Below are positions 46,832-58,584 of a stretch of DNA of 64,000 nt, piece after piece (the first letter of the stretch is position 1; the number at the start of each line of letters is the position of its first letter). The stretch comes from Tricharina praecox. Its lineage: Eukaryota. A program made the position numbers and the translations under genes. The stretch is from contig NW_026250417.1 in NCBI RefSeq assembly GCF_024521635.1, forward strand, positions 372,001 through 436,000, written 5' to 3'. Below the pieces are notes generated by a model. The model did not search any database, was not told where the DNA came from, and worked only from the letters and a program-made list of their open reading frames with translations.

Positions 46832-49800
46832 TGTTTCGAGCTTAACTCAAGCTTTTATCGCTTATCCAGGGAAGTTCGCGGGGTAGGGGACCGACCGGCG
46901 ATAGCAAGCCACAGTCCAGACCAGAAATAAACGATAGATGGAGACGAAACGAGATATAAATCGAAATCCTAGGGATGCTTCCGCTTCCCACGGAAGAGAG
47001 ACACTAACAATCGAACCCAATCGGCAACCGTGACGAGACGGGCGTTTTCTTTTCGAGCTCTGCCTCGTCGCTGTAGCGAACGAAGGAACTGGCCTCTTTA
47101 TGGGGATAGGAGTCGGTTCGAGGAGGAAGTCGTCGGGGCCACTGAGGTGTCTAGAGGTTTCAAAGAGACCGATCGATGGGGGGGTTTCGAATAGGGATTA
47201 GATGTCGCCCAACAGTCTGCAGCCGAATAAAATGCTGGCTGAGCGCGTCAAAAGAGGGTGGGCGAGGTGGAAGGAAAAGGAGATGGGCGTGTGCGACTGA
47301 GAGGATAAACACTGCTGATTCTGCTATGTGTAAGTGGAAGCTCCGCGGATTTTGTGTGCCATTGATGGAGAGGGTAGGCGGTCCGGCGACGGTTGAGGTT
47401 GACAGTTGGCAAGGCGAGGGGCAGGAAGAAAGATATGCGCTCACCAGTGTCTAAGTAGGTACAACCCCCCGTCCCCCTTCCCCCGCCAGGGTGAATCCCG
47501 CCGAACTCTCGATTTTTTTTTCTCCGCCAGCGACTAGGACACTTCCGCACTAGATATGGATATCCGTCGCAGGCGATGCGAGGCACCAGGACGACGATGG
47601 ATCACGCTTACAAAAGAGAACGAGGCCACCTGCGGGAACCACGACCGACCATCTTTTAGCGTCTGCGCATCTCAATCGTTACGATTGGTATGTATTTCTC
47701 CCGTTTCCAGTCCTCAAGCTCCCAGATAACCGTACACAATATGCTAAGGAGCGCGCGGACAGGGCACGATTGCGAGAAGAGCCACCAAACACAGAATGAG
47801 GGGACAAGGGGATCGGGTTTGGCGTTGATTCGCTGTTCGCTCACCTGCAAAGGAAACAAAAACGCCAAGGGATGCAGTGCAACCCGTAGAGGCGGGGTGA
47901 TGAGATCAGACCAACGGAACGCCCGTCCCTGCCGCAGTCGAGTCGGGCGGCGGCGATGTGAGTGGAGAGGTTGAAGGTAGGCGATGTGGGCGGAGAGTGG
48001 TTGAAGGCGAAGGATTTCTTCAGAAATGGTTCGAACTTCGAACTCGGATTGCGTGTCCCAACCGGATTCACGGATGGGCGATGGCCGCAGTTGGTTCTTT
48101 CGAAGGCCAAAGGACTTCGACACTCCGAAGGATGCAGGTGAAATAATGACACTATATCCTATCCGAGCACTATGGACTTTCTTTTTGATTCATTGGCTCG
48201 GGAAGCACAAAAGGACACTCGGTTGCCGCTCAGAGATGGGCTCGGGAAGAATAAAAGCGCCAGTTCGCTGCCGGTGGAGAAGATATGAAGCAGTGAAGCT
48301 TGTTTGCCGATGGACGCGACGGAGGTACCTACAATGGGCAGATCAAGTGATAGTTATTATTCTTCTTTTTCTGGGGAGTGGAAAAAGCAGCTGCAAGTAC
48401 TGGACTGGTAGGGAATGGAAGGGAAGAGCGGGCGCGGTCGGCCAGATGATATACATTAAATTCGCCTACAGTCTGGGACTATGCATGGCTTGTCAATCTG
48501 CACATCACGCAGAATTCATGCTCAGCGTTCAGGCCAATCAAACGGCCAAAGCCAAGTCGATTGGGAGTCTCGAACTCCTGCAGCTACAAAGCAGCACCGG
48601 CCGGCTCCCATACAAAGGAAGTGTCGCTGCTCGTACACTCCGTCACCGCTCTCCAGCTAACCTTCTTGCAGTTTCTCGAAATAGTCCGCGTATGATATGT
48701 ACCTAATTCGGATAACAGTGACGGTATATATCATGACTTCCATGAAGTTCCATCCTCACGATGACTACGACGACAATTCATTTCCCCACTCTAACTCCAC
48801 ATTACATCCGCCGCTTCAGCCTCCGGTGGCATGCTCCCCCGCAGGATCTGTTTACGAGCTTAACTTCCTCCCCAATTACACGGTACTATACTACAGATGC
48901 GAAACTGTCTGTACCCATTAACAGGCCAAGGATGCAGTGGAGTATGCCCACTATTCAAGGTCGTTACTCTTGAATCGCCTGTTCTCTGCTTGCATCCGAA
49001 GCATAGACAATACACCGATAATTCCTTAGGCCAATTCCTAGGACTCCTCGTATCATACAACGGCAATCCACACGAGGGGCTGGAGGGTGAACCGAAGTCG
49101 GGTACTGCACTGATGCCATGTCCGCCATATGCCAGCTGTGATGCCCAGTGCTTTCGTTGAATATACGCATTGGGAGACTTTACGCTTGGGCTAAATTTCA
49201 AGAGATCTTGGATACGATTCCAGCCAGGTTTCGGGGTCACTGACGATGAGCTGAAATCTTGAGTCGAATACTAAAAGTACGGGATTAATCGCCCTCCCGT
49301 GACCGTGCAAGTACGAACATCCGGTTCCTATTGTGACGAAGATTGTTGGAGGAAAACTTTAGCCCGGATGAAGTTTGAGTTTGGGCTTTTGAGTTTTGTG
49401 ATTCTACGGAGAGTTGTGGAAGTGCAGAGGGTGTGAAAGTGGTGGTAGATGGGATTGAGTGATTTGGGTCGGCTGTATGTACGATCATCAGACTCAACTC
49501 AACTCCCGTCCTGCTTCCTGGCCACTCCCTGCGTGACACACCAGGCCAGGATCACCAGACCTGCACTTTGGCAGTCGCTGAAGCTTGAGCACTCTATTGT
49601 CCCTATGTACAGAGCTGTTTGTCCCACCGCTAACCAGTCACTCCCGGAGGAAACGGAGTCTCAAACGCACAGACACTCATGGCTCGAGCTGTCTTCATCA
49701 GCGAGCGAATCGTAGAGCTTCCGTTGAGCTCCGACATCGGTAAGTCCCCAACGAATCAGAACCTGTCTGAGAAGTACCTAGAGTACCTCATGCCGCGAAG

Positions 49801-51517
49801 AAGGCTGAGTGGCGAAATATTTTTCTCCTCTCTACATAACTACGCGGCTCCCGAAATCCCAAAAGCTCGATTTGCTAGGCGTTACCCGATTGTTTCACCA
49901 GCATGCTGCTGGGGTTAAGTACGCGCTGAGTCTTGCTGGCCACGTTGAGGTGCATCTCCTACCATCCTGATCCTTGTATTGCTTGCCGATCGATGTATTT
50001 GCGCGATTCGACATCACCTACATAGCCAGCCATTCAGATTGTGATGATGGGGATGATGATGATGCGGATGGTGATGATGAGTGGGGAGTGGGGAGCTCTC
50101 GAAGGAAGGAAGCTCGACTCTAGAACTTGAGGAGGGAGAGGTGCGAGATTCTAGAATCTAGACATCGCGGGAGTCGAACTACCGGCCGGAGCACCCACGT
50201 ACTGTACTCTACCCACGTACCCACGTAGGAGATCCAATTCCCATACCCTACATTCCCTACATACCCATCCAACGGCGAGAAGTCAAACAACTCTGCCATG
50301 ACAACCTACATACATACACGCGTCTCAATCCTCGACATTCATTCTAGAATACCGACACCCTACTCTACATCCAGCCCTCCAGGCTTCATCAGCCCACCCT
50401 CCCACAAAGCGACAAAATCCAAGGCCCAGGAATCCAGGATGTCTAACCCTCCCGCACCCTGCCCGCCCGCCCGTCGCCCGCCGCCCGACTCTGGGGGAGG
50501 CTGTTTCGTGTGTTGTCAGACCACTCTAGATCAACAGGTGACTCCCCTCCCCTCCCCTCCCCTCCCGCAAGCTTTTCCTGCAGGCTGCACGGGAGTTGAG
50601 TTGAGTTGAGTTGAGTCTTGAGTCGAAGAAAGAACATTCTCTCGGCTGTCCCCCGTGAACTAGAGTAGCATGTAGGCGGGCAGGCAATTTCCGATGCCAG
50701 CGAAGCTGAGTGACATCATCCCCCCCGACCCCTGCAACTTGCAACTTGCAAGCCCCCAACCTTTTTTTTTTACATTCACCGACCGCGAGCTTGGAGGAGC
50801 CGCGATGTGGAGCTGGGGAGCTCGGTAAGGGATGAGATGGATGGATGGAGCTGGAGCTGGAGCTGGAGCTCATCCCACTGGCTATCTAGCTAGGTACTCC
50901 ACATACCTATGGGGGGGGGCTTGGGAGATCGGGAGGGAAGAGGACGGAAGATGAAGTGCGAGATAAACATTCGGAAACGGACTTGGACGGCGGGCCGATA
51001 CTGGCTCGCCGTTCGTATAGGTAGTATACCTAGGTAGTAGTTAATTCTGGCTCTGGGAGTCTGGGGGGGTGCGTGGGTGCATGGGTGCATGAGCTCTGGT
51101 TCACGGGTTTTGCTGACTGGATAGGAGATCATAGGACTCACGCACTCGGCGTATGCCCAGTCCACAGGCTTGTACAATAGTACATAGATCAGCGCTGCCG
51201 AGTACGGTGCGCGGGAGCTCGCGATACCTATCATAGATGTGGGGATAGGTACTCAGCCAGTCACCTTGTATCACTCGGTTTGAAAGACCGGACTCCTGAG
51301 TGTTGTGTACGCCAGGCGGTTACGACAGCCTCAATGGCTATTCGTACTTACTGTGGAACCTGGAACATCTTCCCCCCTCCTCCAGCGGGCGTCTGTCATA
51401 CGAGCTTGAGGCTGTCAATGTTCTCATAACTCCAAGCCATTCTAACTTCTTGTATACACATACTTGGTTATCAACGTGAGCCGGCGATAGAGCATTCAGA
51501 GGGATGGTCGTTGAGGA

Positions 51518-51625
51518 AGTACGGGCTTGGAAGAAGTGCGGGCTTGGAACAGGCTTATGCAACAGGCTTGGAAGAACAATGGGCTGGAAATAAGTGCGGG
51601 CTTAGAAGAAGTACGGGCTTAGATG
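51518..51625. repeat. Degenerate ~17-bp minisatellite (GGGCTTGGAAGAAGTGC-like)
   Basis: About 6-7 diverged units built on GGCTT(G/A)GAA. Confidence 0.7.
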
Positions 51626-51865
51626 TTAGAGCAAGTTAGAAGAGTACCTACGCCAAGTGAACGAGCCTCTACACATCTATCGACGGCCACCGTGTAAGTA
51701 TGAATGAGAACATGTTAGCAGATATTTACCTATCCAGACCAGCCGAAAACAAAAGGCGGCAACATGAATGGCCGCTCCGAGGAAGACAGAGTGATTATTC
51801 ATGTTGGGTCATGATCACTCACCCGCTACGTCCTTACAGAAGCCTAAAAGAAATTAACTTCCAGA

Positions 51866-52345
51866 TTTCAAAAACTGCTCACGGTGGAGAAGTCAGCAGA
51901 AAAGCCTTGTGGACGAAGGTCTGGAAGGAGACAGAGAGAAGGAAAGAGAGGTGGTCAATAGCGGAGCTGTTCGCCGACGAGCGGTGCAGCGAGGCAATCC
52001 TAAAGTTTCTGGGAACGGCGGATGTGGGGAGGAAAGCACCAGCAGACCTGGACGAGGATGAGGAGGAGGCAAGCATCGCATCTGGGGCAAAGCAAGAGTG
52101 CCCAGCAGGGTACTATGTCTGTGGCCGGTGCGAGGAAGCAGGAGATGAGGATGGGCGGTAAAATTTTCGTGGTGTAATTTCGTATGTTTTCTTTGTTTGG
52201 TAGGCAGCGGCGCCACATCGTGCTGGCTGGTAACGGGGTCCTAACCCCCGGCCAGCCAGGGTGGGCAGGAAAGGAGTGTTACGGTTCGCCATAGTCTAGA
52301 TAGGCTGGATGCGAAATAAAACAGGAAGATCTCTCTCTCTCTCTC
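51866..52345 (+). mobile_element. 5'-truncated non-LTR retrotransposon (LINE, Tad1-like) 3' end
   Basis: Remnant FKNCSRWRSQQ/KALWTKVWKETERRKERWSIAELFADERCSEAILKFLGTADVGR, with a frameshift in the A-run at about 51900, resembles fungal LINE ORF2 C-termini. It ends in AATAAA and a (CT)n tail and is flanked by the direct repeat TAACTTCCAGA at 51855-51865 and 52346-52356. Confidence 0.85.
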
Positions 52346-53492
52346 TAACTTCCAGACTTTCTCTCATTCTAGGTAGAATAGCTATTTGGCCCTTGCCTCT
52401 GGAGTCAGGACCAGTCATACTTAAGCTGACCATCCACCAGGCGCATCCAATGATCACCAAAGTGGCAGGCTGAATGTCCGCTCAACAAACCAGTCACCAG
52501 TGTTCGTTGATGACCTACGAGGCTGCGCCAGCCCTGAGACCTCCAGCCCTCCAGCTCCGTAGGACCCCTTCAGTGGTAGGCTTGCTCGGTACCTATTTCT
52601 TCCCCAGGTACATATTGAACTGATAACTAAGGCACTCTAGGAACTAAGCCCCAGAGCCTATGACTTCAAAAATGATTCACTTCCAGCAGCTGATTACCGT
52701 GATGTCCCAAGCCTGGGGCCGGGGAGTTCCGAGCGTGCACACTCACGGCATCTCACTCGTCTCTGTATTGTTACTGTGGGAAATTCCAGTTGCTATGTAT
52801 GAGAGATAAACCGCCATCGGGTCGGACAATGGCGGGGAACCGAAATGTGTACATATATTGCCATGATCTACTTAGGTCGCAAGTAATTACTGATTAAACA
52901 AAAAACGAGGTAAACCGTCTGGTCGCCATGGTCTAGACAGGCTGGAGGAGTTGGCTAGGGAGATTTGAGGCGGGTTTTGAGAAAAGACTGACGCTTTTCC
53001 TTTCCGTTCCATTTTGTCATCTCATTTGTTCTTCTTTCTTTCTATCTTTCCCTTTGTTATGCGCGGATGGGCCGGGCGGAGGGCAATAGGGAACCCACAT
53101 CGGGCTCGTGGCCAGCGGTCGGAGACAGTGGGGTGGAGCCGGACGTGTACACAGCTATGATCTGCAAAGGTCGAATGCTACGATGATGAAACAAAAAACC
53201 CCAGACGGGGATGGGCCATGGCATCCCGGTGGGGTGGAGGTGATGGAACGTAGCATTTTTCTTACTTCTCTCTCTCCTATCACTCCCAGTTTACTGGATC
53301 ATCATCCACATCGCGCATATTGACCATCTGCTCAGCAGCTTCTTTGTAGGTTGCGCACGTCGATATCACCAGGGTCAAGCATAGATAAAAGTAGGTGCTC
53401 ATATATCTAACGAAGCCTAGGTATGCAGAAACGAATACAAAACGCCCCCGCCCTTCGCCTAACCCAATCCAACCCAGCTATGCAGCACCCCG

Positions 53493-54466
53493 CTAGACCA
53501 CCGGAGGAGTCGGAAGTTTCGTCTCCACCGGCGCGGTTCTCGTGAACCCAGCAGCTAGACGTGGTGTGATATGTGGCACGACCTTGGGGATCTTCGAGGC
53601 CTCTCCCGCCGCCGCCGTCTGCGCGGCCATGCCCTTAAACGGACATCCACCACCATCGCTCTCATCCTCCTCACTCAATTTCTCCGGGTCGACGATCCTC
53701 TTTCCATGCAGGAACCCCTCCTGCTCGATCTCTGGATCGTCCATGTCGCCCGCATACTCCTCGCCATCACGGACGTACCACTTCGCGAACAGGTCGTTCT
53801 GGATCCAGAGAACTTTACCAAGCGCCTTGATGATGGCTGTTTTCTGCTCCAGCTTCAGCCGCGGGTGCGACAGGATCGCTTCGAACATTACGTCCTGGAT
53901 GAACCCGAGACATACACCGATGTGGATGTATTCGATGTGCAAGGGGTGTTTACGGCCCATTCCGACGTGCTGCGGAAAAAGTGTAAGCAAGGGAAAGGGC
54001 AGCCGGAGGGAGCGGGGGAGGAGGGGACGGGGTGCATACCATCATTCCCACTTTGTCAAGGTATTCCCAAAACTCCATTCTGGAAGGGTCCGAGCATAGT
54101 TTCTGCAGGTAGCCTCGCAGGAACATCTTGCGGTACTTGATTATTGGCGAGTTCTCGTCTGGCATCTCGTCGATGGGACCTTCGTATGATGTCGATCGGG
54201 TGGTGAAGGCGCGCGCCGTGATGTCGTACATCAGTAGTTTCTTGTAGACGATGTTGACAACCGCCGGAATGAGGGATCGGATGTATTTGGCGCCAACAGT
54301 CAATGCCTGAACGTCGTCTGCAGGTGGGATCTCAATCAGCAGCTGCTCGTCCGTAACATGGTGGATTCGAGGGCTGCAAACCTGCATTGAAGTCGAGGAA
54401 CGAATGGATGTACTGGATTCTCGCAGCCAAGCTGGTATACAGCTCTTTCCTGTCGATGTGCTCCAT
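53493..54466 (-). CDS. Fungal protoglobin / globin-sensor domain protein (3 exons: 54466-54382, 54317-54040, 53969-53493)
   Basis: Spliced: MEHIDRKELYTSLAARIQYIHSFLDFNADDVQAL...LIPAVVNIVYKKLLMYDITARAF...IKYRKMFLRGYL...FWEYLDKVGMMHVG...LHIEYIHIGVCLGFIQD...ALGKVLWIQNDLFAKWY. The likely proximal heme His is in MMHVG. Confidence 0.9.
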
Positions 54467-55496
54467 GTTTGCCAAAGCTGTCAGGATTCCTAGTTGGGGC
54501 AACGGCTATGGATGTCTATTCGGCGAGAATGGGGTGGATATGAGCTCGAAACGCTTGCGGCGACGGTGATGATAGTGACTCGAAAACAACTGCAGACCAC
54601 GACGGGGAGACATCGTCTTTATACCAGCATCACCCGTGATCGCGAGGACGCATGACTCGAGGCATTAAAACGAAAACCACTGGCTGGCGGGGTTGTTCGT
54701 CTGACAGACGAGTCCGCCCGAAGCGACGCCGCGGGCGAAACAGGAGCTCTCTGTCGTTCGAATTTTTCGCCCCGAGGACAGACATGACGCTGCTGCCGTT
54801 CCATAGACCGGTGTTGTGGGCTGATATTGTCGCGCGTGTGGGCTGATGCTGGATGATGTTTTGCGCTAGGTGGCGCGGTCAGGTATTGCCTGATCTTCGC
54901 CATGTTTGCTGATCCCAAGCTTTGAGTACTCTCGGATCCTGACAACCGGCGCACGCCGCAGGGTGGGGGATGATCATCCGGTGGGACCCTGGTTACCGTG
55001 ATGGATGCTTCTTATCTTATCTGGATCTGTGACAATCACATCCTTCCTTCTTGCTCTGGCTTTGTGGGCATCAAAAATAGCTGCGGGGATTCTGGGGAAG
55101 CACATACAACAGAATTCATCATTTCGAAGAATCTCCCGCTAGATACTGCACAGTTTATCCGAGAGCATCCCCGTCGATCACAAGTCACTAACGAGTCGTC
55201 TCATCCTTTTCGTCTTCCTCACAGCAATCATCTGCGACTCGGACTTTAGTAGAAGGGTTTTAGGACAGGCGATGAGTGTAGATCTATGGAGAGCTATTAG
55301 CCATGGGACGGCTTGAGAGCAGAGTGCCATCCAAGTCACCGCGGAATAGGTACCGTATCCAACACTGGGGGTTTTACTCTACTGTTGGCTCGGTCGACAT
55401 AGTTGATTGTTCCTGCTTACTTCAATACTAGCCACCGGATTGCGGTAGCGGTACCCAGCAGTATTTTGGCCTCATTGTGTCTGTGATTGTGAAAAG

Positions 55497-55747
55497 AGAA
55501 ATCGATCAATTGTAGAAAACAGCAGCAGCAGCAAAACTAGAAAAACTTCAGAGAAAACGTAACGTAGCGGTGCTGATACAAGGTGATGAACTGAGGAACT
55601 GATTAAGACTGATGAAGAGACTGATAAAGAGAGTAATGATGAGACTGACGAACTGATGAGAAGTGGTGATAGAGAACAACGACAGGAAGACAGAAGTAGT
55701 GACAACAGAGGTCCCAAGCCGCCTCTGCCTCCGCGCTCCCTCAGTAC
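55497..55747 (+). repeat. Dispersed repeat copy 2 (internally deleted relative to 32826-33212)
   Basis: Collinear similarity to copy 1, lacking roughly 90 bp that correspond to about 33085-33175. Confidence 0.85.
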
Positions 55748-56297
55748 CTAGAGCCTTGACTGATATCATTGCACGGGAATAGCTTTCCCAGATCGGAGTC
55801 AGCGGCTTGCATTGGAAAAGATTAGGCGACAAACACGGAATCCACAGCCGCATGATGCAAAGAACAGTGAAGTTGGCCTGAATTAAGGCAACTGCAGTTA
55901 GACCCCTCGTCACTCGTGATATTCGTGGGTGGCTTGGCGACACCTCAGATCACTCGCCTGAATACCTGGAGTGCAAGTTTCTGCTGGCTTCCGTGACAGA
56001 ACACAACCATCGACATTCAATCGCAGTCGCCCTGCTTACACTGCGCCAACGCAACCAGCTCTTCCTGACCATAAATTTCCTCCTTCGTTCCCACAACTTC
56101 CATCCCTCCCTTTCATCACATCCGTCCGCCTCCGACCTCTTTACACACCTCCCCACTCCTCCAATCGTGTGAAGCGTTCCTGGCGACAACGATACTTCAC
56201 TGCTATCACCACTAAGCAGCTCAACGCAGCAACAAGTTGGGCTCCCGCCACCACTCGCCCAAGCAACAAAGCTTCACAGCTATACGAAAAGCACAAG

Positions 56298-57455
56298 ATG
56301 GTTTGCAAATACACATACATAGGCGATGCTCCTCTCCCCCCGGGAGGAGGAACAGGTACGTATCAATCCATATCTCTCTCCTTTCTCTTTGTTGCCATTC
56401 ACCTTCGCCATGCTCTGCTTACCACTCCGCAGACAAGTTCAATCCGGCCACTGCCATAACCTCCGAGAGAGTCTGCCGCACCGTCCCTCTGGTTGATTGC
56501 CAGATTCTCGACCAGCAACTGTTCCCGAGCCACAGCAAGAACTCCTTGCGATTAGCCTACTTTACTCAGCAAGTCACACACACTTTCTCCCCCTCCCTCC
56601 CTCCCTCCCTCTCCGCTTTTCTCCACACCATAATATTTCCCCTCGTTTGCTGCCCTCTCGTATCAGATTATTAACGACGTCCGCTACAGTCCTCAGTTCC
56701 TATCTTTGTGCTTCCCCATGACCCTAGAGTCAAACAAGTACAAGATCTCCTGCCCGGCCACTCTGTGCCGTATCGAGCGCGATGAGGAGCGACTCCGAGT
56801 TTCCATGAAGCTGGCCGATTGCCAGTTTTCCGTCGCCGGTCCGGAGGCGACATCAAGCTACTCCGATTCTCCGCAACTCGAGCAATGGGTCCTGAAGACC
56901 ACCATTCACAAGGGAGGAGAGCTCCATATGATTTGCAAAGTCTTGGGAAACGCCTTTGACGAGGAGGGCTCGGGAGCAAGGCTCGCCCATCAATTCGCCG
57001 AGCATGTCGTTCACGCCAGCTCTGCTCCTCCTCCACCCTATCCTTCTGTCCCGAGGAATAGATGTCAGCATCCGAGGGGTCGCGGTGGAGATCTGGGTTA
57101 CAGAGGAGGTGGTGGAGGAGGAGGCCGTGGTGGAGCTCGTGGTGGTGGTAAAGGCGGTGGTGGTGCTCGCTGGAGCGATAATACCTACGGCAACGGTAGC
57201 GCCGGAAGCCCCGATCCTCACGATCGCAGGTACATGACCGGCGGCTGGGAGACGACGAAGGAGAACCCTATGTCTTTCGGCGCTTTGAAGACCAACACCG
57301 ATAAAGACGGAAGGTCTCGATCCCCCAACCAGGATGACAAGCACCACCACCACCAGTTCGTCGACGCCGAGGAGGATGACCAATACCCCCACCAATACCC
57401 GTACCGTGGTGGCGGAGACGGAGTGAATCGAGTGCTGGTTCGCGGAAAGTGGTAA
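56298..57455 (+). CDS. Hypothetical protein with a globular N-terminal region and RGG/Gly-rich tail (3 exons: 56298-56355, 56433-56572, 56667-57455)
   Basis: Phase-consistent GT-AG introns give MVCKYTYIGDAPLPPGGGTDKFNPATAITSERVCRTVPLVDCQILDQQLFPSHSKNSLRLAYFTQQIINDVRYSPQFLSLCFPMTLESNKYKISCP...RGRGGDLGYRGGGGGGGRGGARGGGKGGGGARW. Confidence 0.72.
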
Positions 57456-58296
57456 ACACAACGCAACTGCGGCACTCTGTACGGGCTTTCCTTGCTTTGG
57501 GTTGTTTTCTTTTCTCTGGGCGTCTGGGCGGTTGGCATTCCCTTTTTCATTCTTTCTTCATGGCCTGACGTGGCACTGGGGGTTCAATTTCCTTTCCATT
57601 TTCCACATTCTCGTCATCTCGGTCCTTCTTCACACCATTTGGTGACTACATCCTACTACCTCTATACTAAAAGTTCTTGGGCTCACATCTGATAATTCTT
57701 TTTTACGCGAGTGCTGCATAATGATGTGTAAAATACATAATTGCGTTGTGACTTTCAATGTTTCCTTAGGGACAAATGTATCTAATTCATTCATTCTCTT
57801 CCACGCTTTTGATAACCCATTCTCCATGACTTTACTACCTAGCTTAGCCCGCCGTGATGTTTCCCCACGAGCCTAGCCCATCCTTGGAATCAATTTGGCC
57901 TTCATCTCTTGCACCTCCTAAAGACAGCTAGTGGACACTTGGATACTACCTCAATATGATGTACGGTTTCTCAAACCCGAATATCTCGTTCAAGCGTTAC
58001 TCAGTGTGGGTCTCGGATACCCCGCTCACCAAATATACACTGGGGTGGATCTCCAAAACGAACAGGGTGAGCTCTGACTGGCATCAATGATAACTACCGG
58101 CACCGAGATACCTATATCGAGGTCGTGACCGAGAAACAGCACCGATTCGTGGCTATTTTAGTTTCATAAGATCTTGTCTCTTGGCTGGAATTCAGTAAAG
58201 CCAAGCAGCGAAATTGATCCGGATGTGCAAGATAAATGCCCGAATGCTCATCGTGAGGAATTCGGACTGCGGCAGAAGATATCACTCGTGAAACGG

Positions 58297-58377
58297 ACGC
58301 GTTTATTTCGTGTGTGGTAGTGTAGATATTTACGCGTGGTAACTCGGGTTGCACGCGTAGATGATTGCTTTACGCGT
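58297..58377. promoter_or_regulatory. Cluster of four MCB elements (ACGCGT) plus one SCB-like site upstream of CDC6
   Basis: ACGCGT at 58297, 58332, 58353 and 58372, and TTTCGTG (reverse CACGAAA) at 58306, about 210-290 bp upstream of the ATG. Confidence 0.8.
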
Positions 58378-58584
58378 GTCGCCCTTTTATCCGTGCCCGC
58401 CCAGCCATCTTTAACCCGAAACCTGCTTACATCTTGTTACTCCTTACACACAACACACTACCATCGCACACCGCACAGCCCTACTCACAGAGCCAACCCC
58501 ATAGACACTCTTTCGGCTTCAAAATTCACTGTCATTCTCGCCGTAAAAAAGACATCGATCTTTCTCTCTATCAACGAATTCGCA

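Noticed and set aside
48700..50050. Short ORFs with a GTAAGT donor-like site (49679-49918) and 48860-49240
   Set aside because: No coherent gene model or recognisable domain. They may be decayed coding sequence, but I cannot support that.
51700..52161. 153-aa ORF as a host gene
   Set aside because: It crosses the LINE insertion boundary at 51865/51866 and is a fusion of flank and retroelement remnant.
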